From assembly GCA_010909165.1 (NCBI GenBank), contig VJWM01000068.1:1-64000 (forward strand): a stretch of DNA of 64,000 nucleotides, given 5' to 3'. A program made the position numbers and the translations under genes. Below, in pieces: positions 39,091 through 50,363 of this stretch; position 1 is the first letter of the stretch, and the number at the start of each line of letters is the position of its first letter. The notes beneath the pieces are model-generated. The model did not search any database. It was given only the letters and a program-made list of their open reading frames with translations, and was not told where the DNA came from. This stretch comes from Anthoceros angustus (taxonomy: Eukaryota > Plantae > Anthocerotophyta).

Positions 39091-41030
39091 TACATATCTA
39101 CCGTCTTACGCTTTTCTTGGATTGATTCTAGAACGCACGATAATCTTTGATATTGGTCATTTATTTCCTTCCATTTTGTTTTCAATATATGCAAAAGCTC
39201 CCACCTTTCCCTTTCCTCCAATCTATCTAAGAGCATGAAATATTAAACATAAAAGACCATTCATAATAATCCAATGTGGTCACAACATAGCAATCTAAAA
39301 CCTAGAAATTTTACTTGTGAGTTCTGGATGGGGCAGATGCCCATTTCATGTTTCTCAAGTGCTCGATTCTCGCCTTGTAATCTTCATGGCCTCTCAATTC
39401 TCAGCATAATTGGGCACCTGTCAAGTTCTTTTGGTCACGATCTTCTTGGAGGTGGAGGTGGTGGTTTAGCATCTTTAGAAAAATACAATCAAGATGTCGC
39501 TTTGAGTTTCAAAATACTTCCTATGATTTTAGCAACAAATTTTGTAAGTCAATAGAAATATAAAATTAATGGATATGTGATTTACGCGAATGAATTTGAG
39601 CACGCATTTTGTTAATGAAATTATTTCCGGCCCACATGTTGTATATCCGTGATTCCATTCCATGATAAGAGATGATTTATTGAGGTGAAAGAACGATGGA
39701 AAGAGACCATCTAGGATAAGAAGTTTCTTTCTTGTAGAAATTATTGATAAAATTAAATAAGTTTTGAGACTTTTACCGAGGCTCATGTGGACAGATTTTG
39801 TATTTTGCCTTCGAACATCGAATAGGTGCTGATATTCATTCATAGAAACAACTAATCAATGGCATACTTTATGGATTGAAAGTGTGAATTATAGATTATA
39901 GATCATTTTAAATTACTACTTATAATCTTGGGTTCCTTTAAAGTGGTTCCAAGTCAAACCATGTATGATGATAGGTTCTTTAGCATGCTTCTTCATGAAC
40001 TTAGTTGTATCGGGTTTTAAGGATCCAAGTTTATATCCAAAGGTTTTCCTTAGACATTGATTCTTTTATTTTTGTATGAAGATATCCAATCTTTTTCTTG
40101 CTAAAAATATCAAAGAAAATATATTAAGTTTTTTTTATCAAATTTATGAGTTTTCCTAAATTTTTAAAAAGTTGTACTAACTAAAGCTTGCTAAACTACC
40201 TTTGATCGGAGTGGTTTGAACTTCTCCGGCTCCTCCTCCGGTGGAAGGATGATATTATAGATACTCATTGGAGAGCATCATTTTTCCTTGAAAGTGAGCT
40301 ACAAATAACATTTCCATGTAAAATAATCCATGGACATAAGTAGCTTGATCAAGTAATCTTAGAAATGAAAGAAACCACAAAAGTGCAATAATATGCACTT
40401 GTATGTAGTGTCTTGTAGCCAAGTTGGAAAATTAAACTTCCTAAGTAGATAAGTGCCTTTCTTCAAGTAAGAAATGATTCAAATATCATGTAGGCTTCGA
40501 GGTCTTCAATTCATCATTATGAGGTTGCAACACAAAACATGTTGGCATATATCACATGATCACGAGAAGAATAAATGGGCAATTCCATGCATAAGATTGA
40601 ATCGACAACCATAATCAGGTTCACATAAGAAAAACTTTGAGATGACATGTATTCCCAGGATTTTGCCACGTTTGTAGTGCATGAGCAAATAAAACATAAG
40701 GTAAGTGTTTTTATTTCATACCTATGAAATCTGCATGTGTGAATAGAATTCAAGTAAGGTAAGACACCCTACAACTTTCACTAGATAGAATTTACAACAT
40801 TGTAGAAATTAGCTGATAAATTCACAACAATGTAGCAATCAAGTGATAGAGCAATAACACAACCTTTTGAAATGATTCACATGATCTAGTTAAACTTCCC
40901 TTCACATGAAATGAAGAAAACATAAAACATATTTTATTGATTCAAGTTTAATCTAAAAATTATTATTTATATTTAAATTAATTGATAATATTAATTTAAT
41001 ATTTTAATATATTGCTAGTAATACCCCTCA

Positions 41031-41387
41031 CTATGCAGCCAATCACAATATGACAACTTCCTTAAGCCGCCAATCAGCTTCCATTCTAGCATTCTAGCTC
41101 TCTACCAACTAATACGGCAGACTAAAACCAAGCAGCTCCCCTTGTAGCTCTCAACCAACTGCTCCCACCCTTCTGTCTTAGCTCTAAGAGTTAGTATCCT
41201 GCTAACTCAAAGTTCAATGATCCTAAGAGCTAATATCCGGCTAACTCAAAGTTCAATGATCCTAAGAGCTAGTATCCTGCTAACTCAAAGTTCAATGATC
41301 CTAAGAGCTAGTATCCTGCTAACTCAAAGTTCAATGATCGTAGGCCAAATGCGGTTAAGCATTTGCCGCACATGATTGGCTGCGTAG
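41031..41387. mobile_element. MITE/foldback-like element with ~37-bp imperfect terminal inverted repeats
   Basis: Left ctatgcagccaatca...cttaagccgc versus right gcggttaagc...tgattggctgcgtag. No TSD seen. Confidence 0.55.
41184..41339. repeat. 39-bp tandem repeat, 4 copies
   Basis: ctaagagctagtatcctgctaactcaaagttcaatgatc starting at 41184, 41223, 41262 and 41301. Confidence 0.97.
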
Positions 41388-41989
41388 AAATTAACAAGTA
41401 GAGTTGGATTGACTTCAACTAGAGTTGATTTGTACAAACCGCGCTAAGCAACATATTGGGCTCGTTTTTTGATATATACCGCTAAGCGACATGATGAGCT
41501 CGTTTCACATTTTAATGTGCGATAGATAAGCTTTATTGAGAAATATGAATAAACTTTTAAATAATATAAATAGATATCCACTTATATCGAACGTAGCTCC
41601 TTTCTAGAGTCAGTGAAAGGCTCCTAAGATAATTCAGAAGGTCTCGGATATGAACTCATTTCTTTCTATAGTCAGAAACGCTTCCACGATAACACGAAGC
41701 TCCTCTAATATGCACATGTTTTCCTGATTCCTCCTGGCCCAAAAACCCTCACTCGCAGGAAAGCCACGAGTGAAGCTCAACCCTCCTTGTCTGGTGGAGA
41801 GGTTCGAAGATCTAATGAAAACAATCCTGGATTGTCTTCCCAAAATCACCCCTAAGATGGTTTACATTGAAGCCGGCACTGCTTTGACTACCTACCGCAC
41901 CTATGTAGGCAGTTAGACTAACCAATCATAAGGCCTTTCTCTATCCTGGCTTTGTACAAGAGCAACTTACTCAAAATGTACAGGTCGAC

Positions 41990-43492
41990 TCAGTCATCGG
42001 ATTCCTCATGGTCTTCAAATAGCTGATCCACAGAATCCAGGATGACACGAGGCCTGCCTCCACGTTCCCTAGACTGAAAATCTTCATCCTCATTCTCAAA
42101 GTCGCCCTGGAATGAAACAACGGATCAAGCTTCGAGTTGCAGTGAAAAGAACTTTGCACGATCCTAAGGGAGCTTAACAAATAGCTACATACCTGGGTGG
42201 GGCAGTGTTCACTGGCTAGTTCATGCCTATCCCTTACAGCTTTGTATGCAAACCTCCTACCACAGTCGGGGAACTTGCAAACAAATGGCTTTATCTCTTT
42301 GTGCACAGCTTTCATGTGAATGGTCAGATTGGATCTCTGCACAAGAGAAGAACGTATCACAGCAGATCCCCATGCTGACAAAGAGAGATAAGAAGGAAGA
42401 GGCTACTGGTGGCGGTGTGAATACTTTTGTATAGCTGTGTTGGCAGCCCGGGGAAGGACAAGGAAGCCTCTGCTGTGAATCGGCATGCAATTTGTGGTGC
42501 TTGATCTGTAACTTCTTAGGGACTGACATTCCACACACCTCACAAGCAAAATACCGATGCGAGGTACTCATGTGCTTTTGGAGAGCCTCATAATCAGTAA
42601 ATGACTCCTCGCAGCCAGGGGAAGAACAAGGATATAATTTATGCTTCTTGCCTGATATCACATTACATCACGGTCATCAACTGCTCTGCTTGACAGGGGC
42701 AAGAGATGACTACTAGCATCTGAGGTAAAGAATTCTGATAAGGAAATGCCGTGCAAAATCAAGTACAGTGCCATATACTCACTCCTCGTCTCAACTGTTA
42801 CTGACCATGAACCTTGAGTTTGTGTTGCCGAAGATGTGCCGAAAATTGAAGGCTTGTAGACAGGCAGGCTCTCGCAGACGAAAGGCTTCTCTCCACGGTC
42901 ACTGCTTTCCAGAACGCTGCAGATAGTCACCTTTCATTTGATGAAGCTTCGTGTGTCGCTTGAGGTTTGAAACAAGGGTGAAAGAAGCACTACATCCCTC
43001 CCAGGTACAGAAGAACAGCTGCCCACTGTGAAGCACCATGTGACGTTTTAGGTGATCTGGACGCTTGTACTTGCTAGCGCAGCCAGCAATAGGGCAACAA
43101 AACACCTTCTGCTAACACAAAGTTGGAAGGACGTCAGACAGCTTTTCTCATGCCATGCCCAGACGGGCCAGTCGGAAATAAATAAACAGCATCCAAACAG
43201 AGCAGAAACCTTCAACTTGCCTCTGTGGCATGGCACAACATGTGCTGCTTGAGGTTGGAGGGCTTGACGAAAGATTCTCCGCATTCAGAACAAGGGTGCC
43301 GCTTTTGCTGCTTAACTTGCTTTTGGGTGAGGAAGGCTCGTCGAGAAAGTGGGCAGTGTCATAGTCCGGATCTGCAGCATCGTCACAGTCTGTCTCCAAG
43401 TCATCAGGTCCAGGACGTGAACTTCCGTCTATCTCCTGCCCGTTTTCGAAAGAGATATCCGTTTGCACCTCTCTTTCTTGAATCTCTGTCAT
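41990..43492 (-). CDS. TFIIIA: Transcription factor IIIA (C2H2 zinc fingers), multi-exon, full-length copy with apparent indel errors
   Basis: Eight recognisable fingers (e.g. FCCPIAGCASKYKRPDHLKRH and SNLTIHMKAVHKEIKPFVCKFPDCGRRFAYK) and the C-terminal GDFENEDEDFQSRERGGR motif typical of plant TFIIIA. Introns at 43109-43220 (GC-AG) and three GT-AG positions. The start codon is uncertain. Confidence 0.9.
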
Positions 43493-43703
43493 GGTATGCA
43501 AATTTCCACCTTGGTGGATCGAACACGATCAGCGGTGGGCGATTAGGTCTCGCCAACCACCTTGACATGCAAACTAACAAGAATCCTGTCCTCGACCCTA
43601 CGTAGATAGTCCCTGGTATAGAATCAGGGACTAAAACTGAAGACTTTGGCAGACACAGCCAACCGAGGCACTTCACTTGCACCAACGCAAGCCGCTGGCT
43701 TGC

Positions 43704-43960
43704 TCAACTGATCTTCATCTTCTTATTGGGCACCCGAGATCGCACCATGATCACTCCCACAAACACCATCACCAGCGAGAGGAGTGTCACGCCAGCCAGC
43801 CAGGAATGAGGACGGCGTACTCACGGGCAGGAAAGTAGTTGTGCACGAAGTGGTCACTGTCAACGAAGGGAGTGATGAGCACCCAGAAAGTGTAGTAGCT
43901 GAAGACGCTGACGCTGAACAGAAGCATCAACAGCCCAATTGCCCTATCGCCCAACTCCAT
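43704..43960 (-). CDS. DPM2: Dolichol-phosphate mannose synthase regulatory subunit DPM2, copy 1 (one apparent 1-bp deletion)
   Basis: MELGDRAIGLLMLLFSVSVFSYYTFWVLITPFVDSDHFVHNYFPAREYAVLIP, then (frameshift) LAGVTLLSLVMVFVGVIMVRSR...KIS*. Confidence 0.9.
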
Positions 43961-44043
43961 GCTTGCCCACTCCACTCTCAGATCCCGCCTGCATAACCGG
44001 CAAGCCGATACCCACAACAAGTAGCTCACCGCCCAGCACACAT

Positions 44044-45333
44044 GGGTGGGGCAGTGTTCACTGCTAGTTCATGCCTATCCTTACAGCTTTGTATGCAAAC
44101 CTCCTACCACACAGTCGGGAACTTGCAAACAAATGGCTTTATCTCTTTGTGCACAGCTTTCATGTGAATGGTCAGATTGGATCTCTGCACAAGAGAAGAA
44201 CGTATCACAGCAGATCCCCATGCTGACAAAGAGAGATAAGAAGGAAGAGGCTACTGGTGGCGGTGTGAATACTTTTGTATAGCTGTGTTGGCAGCCCGGG
44301 AAGGACAAGGAAGCCTCTGCTGTGAATCGGCATGCAATTTGTGGTGCTTGATCTGTAACTTCTTAGGGACTGACATTCCACACACCTCACAAGCAAAATA
44401 CCGATGCGAGGTACTCATGTGCTTTTGGAGAGCCTCATAATCAGTAAATGACTCGCAGCCAGGGGAAGAACAAGGATATAATTTATGCTTCTTGCCTGAT
44501 ATCACATTACATCACGGTCATCAACTGCTCTGCTTGATAGGGCAAGAGATGACTACTAGCATCTGAGGTAAAGAATTCTGATAAGGAAATGCTGCAAAAT
44601 CAAGTACAGTGCCATATACTCACCTCGTCTCAACTGTTACTGACCATGAACCTTGAGTTTGTGTTGCCGAAGATGTGCGAAAATTGAAGGCTTGTAGACA
44701 GGCAGGCTCTCGCAGACGAAAGGCTTCTCTTCCACGGTCACTCGCTTTCCAGAACGCTGCAGATAGTCACCTTTCATTTGATGAAGCTTCGTGTGTCGCT
44801 TGAGGTTTGAAACAAGGGTGAAAGAAGCACCACATCCCTCCCAGGTACAGAAGAACAGCTGCCCACTGTGAAGCACCATGTGACGTTTTAGGTGATCTGG
44901 ACGCTTGTACTTGCTAGCGCAGCCAGCAATAGGGCAACAAAACACCTTCTGCTAACACAAAGTTGGAAGGACGTCAGACAGCTTTTCTCATGCCATGCCC
45001 AGACGGGCCAGTCGGAAATAAATAAACAGCATCCAAACAGAGCAGAAACCTTCAACTTGCCTCTGTGGCATGGCACAACATGTGCTGCTTGAGGTTGGAG
45101 GGCTTGACGAAAGATTCTCCGCATTCAGAACAAGGGTGCCGCTTACGTTGCTTAACTTGCTTTTTGGGTGAGGAAGGCTCGTCGAGAAAGTGGGCAGTGT
45201 CATAGTCCGGATCTGCAGCATCGTCACAGTCTGTCTCCAAGTCATCAGGTCCAGGACGTGAACTTCCGTCTATCTCCTGCCCGTTTTCGAAAGAGATATC
45301 CGTTTGCACCTCTCTTTCTTGAATCTCTGTCAT
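44044..45333 (-). pseudogene. TFIIIA: TFIIIA copy 2, lacking the last exon
   Basis: Near-identical to copy 1 but ends at ...CACTGCCCCACCCA at the duplication junction. Confidence 0.8.
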
Positions 45334-45544
45334 GGTATGCAAATTTCCACCTTGGTGGATCGAACACGATCAGCGGTGGGCGATTAGGTCTCGCCAACCA
45401 CCTTGACATGCAAACTAACAAGAATCCTGTCCTCGACCCTACGTAGATAGTCCCTGGTATAGAATCAGGGACTAAAACTGAAGACTTTGGCAGACACAGC
45501 CAACCGAGGCACTTCACTTGCACCAACGCAAGCCGCTGGCTTGC

Positions 45545-45801
45545 TCAACTGATCTTCATCTTCTTATTGGGCACCGAGATCGCACCATGATCACTCCCAC
45601 AAACACCATCACCAGCGAGAGGAGTGTCACGCCAGCCAGCCAGGAATGAGGACGGCGTACTCACGGGCAGGAAAAGAAGTTGTGCACGAAGTGGTCACTG
45701 TCAACGAAGGGAGTGATGAGCACCCAGAAAGTGTAGTAGCTGAAGACGCTGACGCTGAACAGAAGCATCAACAGCCCAATTGCCCTATCGCCCAACTCCA
45801 T
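45545..45801 (-). CDS. DPM2: DPM2 copy 2, retaining the native upstream region
   Basis: Same ORF as copy 1, with the same 1-bp deletion after YAVLIP plus an extra indel. A short putative 5'UTR intron lies upstream. Confidence 0.85.
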
Positions 45802-46205
45802 GCTTGCCCACTCCACTCTCAGATCCCGCCTGCCATAACCGGCAAGCCGATACCACAACAAGTAGCTCACCGCCCAGCACACATGGAGTCGCGAAAACCC
45901 TAACCTCAAGACCGGAATGCCGTCGCAACAACGCTGCGGCTGGACGGCTCCATCCCCTCTTGTCCAGCCAGCCCAGCGGCAAGCCACAGCAGGCAACAAC
46001 GAGCCTTGGCTTTCTCCTGCCGCAATTCACAGCCGATGGTTACGGCAGCTAACAGGTTGTATAGGTATAGAGTAGTACATACAACGAAATGTTTGGCAAG
46101 TTGTTCACGGCTGGTGCATGAAAACACACATTTAGCAAGAAACCCAGAACCTTGCCCATATTTCTTACCTTCCAGATAGGCGGTTCCGCTCCCGGTGAGG
46201 TCACC
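45802..46205. promoter_or_regulatory. Putative bidirectional promoter/5' region between DPM2(-) and the nucleoside hydrolase(+), with a telo-box
   Basis: Divergent ATGs 404 bp apart. AAACCCTAA at 45895-45903; telo-boxes are typical of translation and ribosome-biogenesis genes. Confidence 0.5.
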
Positions 46206-48022
46206 ATGGGCGTCAGCTCTGCCTCAAGAAGAAAGTGATCATCGACACGGATCCCGGTGTCGGTCAGTTACTTTCCTTCCACAGGACCCAACACCGGTCC
46301 TTGTACTTTACGGCCGGTGGTGACTCAGAGACGAGAACAGCGTGGTGTGGTTGTTGATGTGGGTTTTGCAGATGACGCCATGGCCATCTTTCTTGCTCTG
46401 GAGTCGGAGGAGTTGGATGTCATCGGGCTGACTACAACCTTTGGCAACGTGCGGACTGTGATGGCAACGCAGAATGCCCTGCATTTGGTGGGAGTTGGTG
46501 CATGTGTGTGCTGGGCTGTGCACTTTGTTCTGGGCCCTTCGTCTGCTGACTGACTTCATCATTCCATCCCGCGGTGTAGCTCGAGGTGGCTGGTAGAGAG
46601 GACATTCCGGTTTCACAGGGCTGCTTCATTTCTTAGGGTAAGCTTCTCGCTCGAAGTGGGAACTCGAGCCTGCAATCCAGCGAATCAACTGTGGGGACCC
46701 TGATTTGGATCAGGTTACTGTGCACAAGAGCAATCACAAGCTGAGCTCGGGCTGGATTATACTCATACCAGCATGCCCGAGCTTGTATGCAGGAGCTGCT
46801 AAAGAACGAATTGCAGATTTTGTGCACGGTGCCGATGGGCTCGGAAACACGTATCCGCCTACACCCAAGGGAAAAGCGATAGTTCCCGGCCCCAGACTTC
46901 CTCAATCAGAAAGTGACTGAGGAGCCTGGGATGATTACTGTCGTGGCGCTTGGGCCCCTAACAAATTTGGCAAGGTACATGGGGATGGATTGGAAGGCCT
47001 GCCGGTTAGCAGTGTTGTGTTTCAAGCTGACAGACCCTGTTAGACAAAAGCAAAGACATCTGACTTCAGCACATTTGGACTTTCTGTCTGCAGGCAATAG
47101 AAGATGACCCCTCGTTTGCCACGAAAGTAGCTCAGATCGTTGTTCTTGGGGGAGCCTTCTTCGTCAATGGGAATGTCAATCCCGCTGCCGAAGCAAATGT
47201 GAGTTCCACTTGTTGTTTAGACAATGATATGTCGAACTATTGGAGTTTGTGAAAATGGAGGCGATTGATATCTCGTTGTTTGTGGCAGATTCTTGGAGAC
47301 CCGGAAGCTGCCGACATTGTCTTCACTTCCGGTGCTAATATCTTGGTTAGGGCCTCAACATCACCCATCAGGTGCTGTTGACAGGTATGGATTGTAGACG
47401 CCTGTGCAGGCATGTCATGATAGTTGCTGCAGGCATGGGCATAGAGGTGTTGACAAATGTGAGGAGGGTACGTACCTTTTTCAGGATCCGATCTGAAGCA
47501 ATGGCAAGCAAGCAACGGCAGGTTCAGCAAGTATCTGTATGATATTTCCCAGTTCTACTTCAGTTACCATCGAGAGGCCTATGGTATAGACGGTATGCCA
47601 CATCCTTTCTCGTCCTGATGCTTTGTGATGAGACGAGGGTCATGCAGGTTGTGGCACCTACTTTTCCAGAACCTGATGTTCCGTTGTGGAATCAGCCATC
47701 TACCTTCATGATCCGACAACAGTAGTTGCTACCATAGATCCAACGCTTCTGACCTACACTGAAGGGGTGATCAGGGTACAGCAAGATGGTATCAGTAGGG
47801 GCCTGACCATCTTCAACAGCAGCAAGAAAACGTGAGTAGGCTTCCCGTTTCGAAGGCGACCTTTTGACTATTGTTTACACTTACTCATCTGTGTAGCATG
47901 GCGTACCGCACAGCTGGGACCCACCTACAGAGTGGAGCGGCCACCCCTCAGTGAAGGTTGGGGTGACGGTTGATGCCGAGGCAGTCGTGAGGATGATCAA
48001 AGAGAGATGCTTACATATCTAG
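46206..48022 (+). CDS. NSH2: Inosine/uridine-preferring nucleoside hydrolase (NSH2/URH2-like), multi-exon
   Basis: KVIIDTDPGV-DDAMAIFLAL...GLTTTFGNV...RIADFVHGADGLGN...VVALGPLTNLA...GNVNPAAEAN...YLHDP...VKVGVTVDA, with GT-AG introns. Confidence 0.92.
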
Positions 48023-48699
48023 CAAGCTCTGGTGCATGAGCAAGGTCACCACCGGGCACTACATCTGCAACTTGAAGACATCTAAGAACATCCTTGTATT
48101 TGAAGGTTGCTTTGTGGGGCTGCAATGAGCTCTCACAGTAGCCTGTTACGTAATTTCAAGAGAGGCACTGAGGATGAATAAGCGCAGCCTTCAATCAAAT
48201 CTTCAACCCTGTCCACTGTAGAAGAGCACACTTTCCATTCAAGAGAATGCAGGAGCTGGACAACACCTACAAACTTCGCAGCGTACGGATGGAGCGTGCA
48301 TCAACATATCCAAAAAGTTGGCATGACTAGCCACCCCTTAGATTCATGCCACATGCAGGCTAACGAGAACAAAATTGTCTCTTCATCACATCTTTGTGAA
48401 CTGTTTCTACACATCCTCAAAAGCCCAGAACCCTGCACTCGCATCATAGATCATCTATCAGAGAGCCAAGTCCCTGCACTTGACAAATAGCACCGTGTCA
48501 ACTTCCTGAAAATCTTGGAATCCATTACACTGACAAACGGCGCTCGTGAGCAGCTGAGGGGGGAGCCTAGACCTAGAATCTTCGAGGTAGGGGAACAGGG
48601 ACACAGACTCGGACAGCAAGACAATCGGGCCCTGGATACCCACCAGGCCTGTCCATCTGGCCTAGAGCACTAAGAACCCTAAAGCTCTGGAGAGGAATG

Positions 48700-50180
48700 G
48701 CAAAGCGTACCCACAATTAAGGCCGGTGAAGATAGGGAAGATGTGCTGAGTCGAGACACCAGGAGGCTGTGGCCATGGCGCTGTGAAGCGGCAGCAGAGA
48801 CTGCGCGCCCGCAATGCAGCTTGACCGGGTCTTCGAGGTCGAAAAAGGATCCGGAACTTGCAGCGGACGAGCTGTCCGCCGCTCGCATCCTGGGAAGCTG
48901 CGCTTCTACTCTACATAGCGAGTGGCAGCCACGCGATGAAGAAGTCTGGCATGCTCGAGCTACAGACGCTGGACCGCTGCGCCGCTCTCGTCACCGCCCC
49001 CGCCATGGATGGATTTGCCACGATCTCTGATCACAAGTCAACCTCGCAAGCCCTACTTTTACTTGGAGTAGGTCTTGAACACCGATGTGCTCGACAACTT
49101 CTGAGAGCACATACATATGAGAGAATAGTAAGGAAGGAACGAAATAATTCCGTTGCAAGCAAATTATGGTGAGATAAATTACATGGGTAGTATCATCATC
49201 TGGAACACAAAGAGTTCACGATAAGAGCTTCCAATTGTTGTTTGTCTACAAACTCTAGTGGCCGCTATGAGGACAGACCGGAATCAACGCTTTCCATCTG
49301 CTCAGGAGCCATTTCGCTCGGCAGATGATGGTTGCAGTACATGTGTATCTCCTCCTACACTCTATCCGGAGCTCGCCTAGTTACATAATGATTGCAAACT
49401 GCAACCCTAGGAGCTAAAATGTGTCTCTCACGGGTTCTGCTGCCCTGTTCCTGCAAGCCAGGAGCAGCATGGCCACAGCGCAAGCCCGTGTCAGAAGCGC
49501 TCATGATCAACTACTACTCTCAGATAGGCAGGCAATGCGACCTTCGGGGAAACTTGCATGCATGAGCTCGAGGAGTATACCTTCTCAGTGTGCGTCATCA
49601 GCTGGACGTCGACGCCATGCTGCTCCAGATGAGTCCTCCAATCTAGAATAACTGTAAAGGGCTAATGGCAGCAGGTGCTACTTCTTCAGTTCTTCGCTTT
49701 GAAGACTTCACTAGACGACCAAGGCTACGGTGCTCGGAGACGATCTTCGAAGGGTCTCTTTCCCTGCTGTGGTTGGCACTGTGGTTGGTTATAGATAGCC
49801 GCGAACCTCTCCGGCTGATGGCAGGAGTACTGCTCTTGAACCCGAGCAACGACCTGAACGGCTGCAGGCAAAATCCATCAAAGAATTTATCAGAGTGCAT
49901 ACAAGAACGTACTCCCTGAGGCCAGATCCATAACTACAATGGGAAAGCTCATACTTGAATTCGTCAAGATTCTTACCAGACAAGCCATGGCGCAATTCAT
50001 GGCCGTGCTCCGGGGCTTGTCGATCTCCGCCTCCACATTCGACAGTCTTCTCAGCAAGGCAGGCCGCCGTTCAACACGTTGGCCGGGGCTGCATGCTCGT
50101 CAAAGGAATTGTTCACCGTGTGCCGAGTGGAATGGACCGAAACCGTCCTCCCCTCGTCAGCCGGGCCTGAGATTCTGACC
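48700..50180 (+). pseudogene. Possible PPR-like gene remnant
   Basis: Fragments such as GKIHQRIYQS, TFDSLLSKAGR and LQTLDRCAALVTA only loosely resemble PLS-class PPR repeats; many stops. Confidence 0.25.
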
Positions 50181-50363
50181 GCTCCCCGAACCGATGTGAA
50201 CCTTCGGGGTCGCTCCTCCCCTCTAACATCTGCGAAAGGTCACATCACCCCACACAAACATGAGTGCAGTGAAACAATGATGACGTGAGACGTGAGACAG
50301 CGACAGCACATGGACACGGGCCGTGACTCGCCACATCATTGTCCAAACCGGGACCCCATAACA

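Larger units (their letters stand above)
42194..45885. repeat. ~1.84-kb tandem duplication carrying DPM2 and most of TFIIIA
   Basis: Junction at ~44044 (cacacaTGGgtgggg) with 3-nt TGG microhomology between the DPM2 5' region and the end of the penultimate TFIIIA exon. Confidence 0.92.

Noticed and set aside
39100-40900. AT-rich region as an L1 zf-RVT or other TE remnant
   Set aside because: Only a faint resemblance (FICSCTTNVAKSW); too degraded to support.
41184-41339. CRISPR-like array
   Set aside because: The repeats are contiguous with no unique spacers, there are no cas genes, and the context is eukaryotic.
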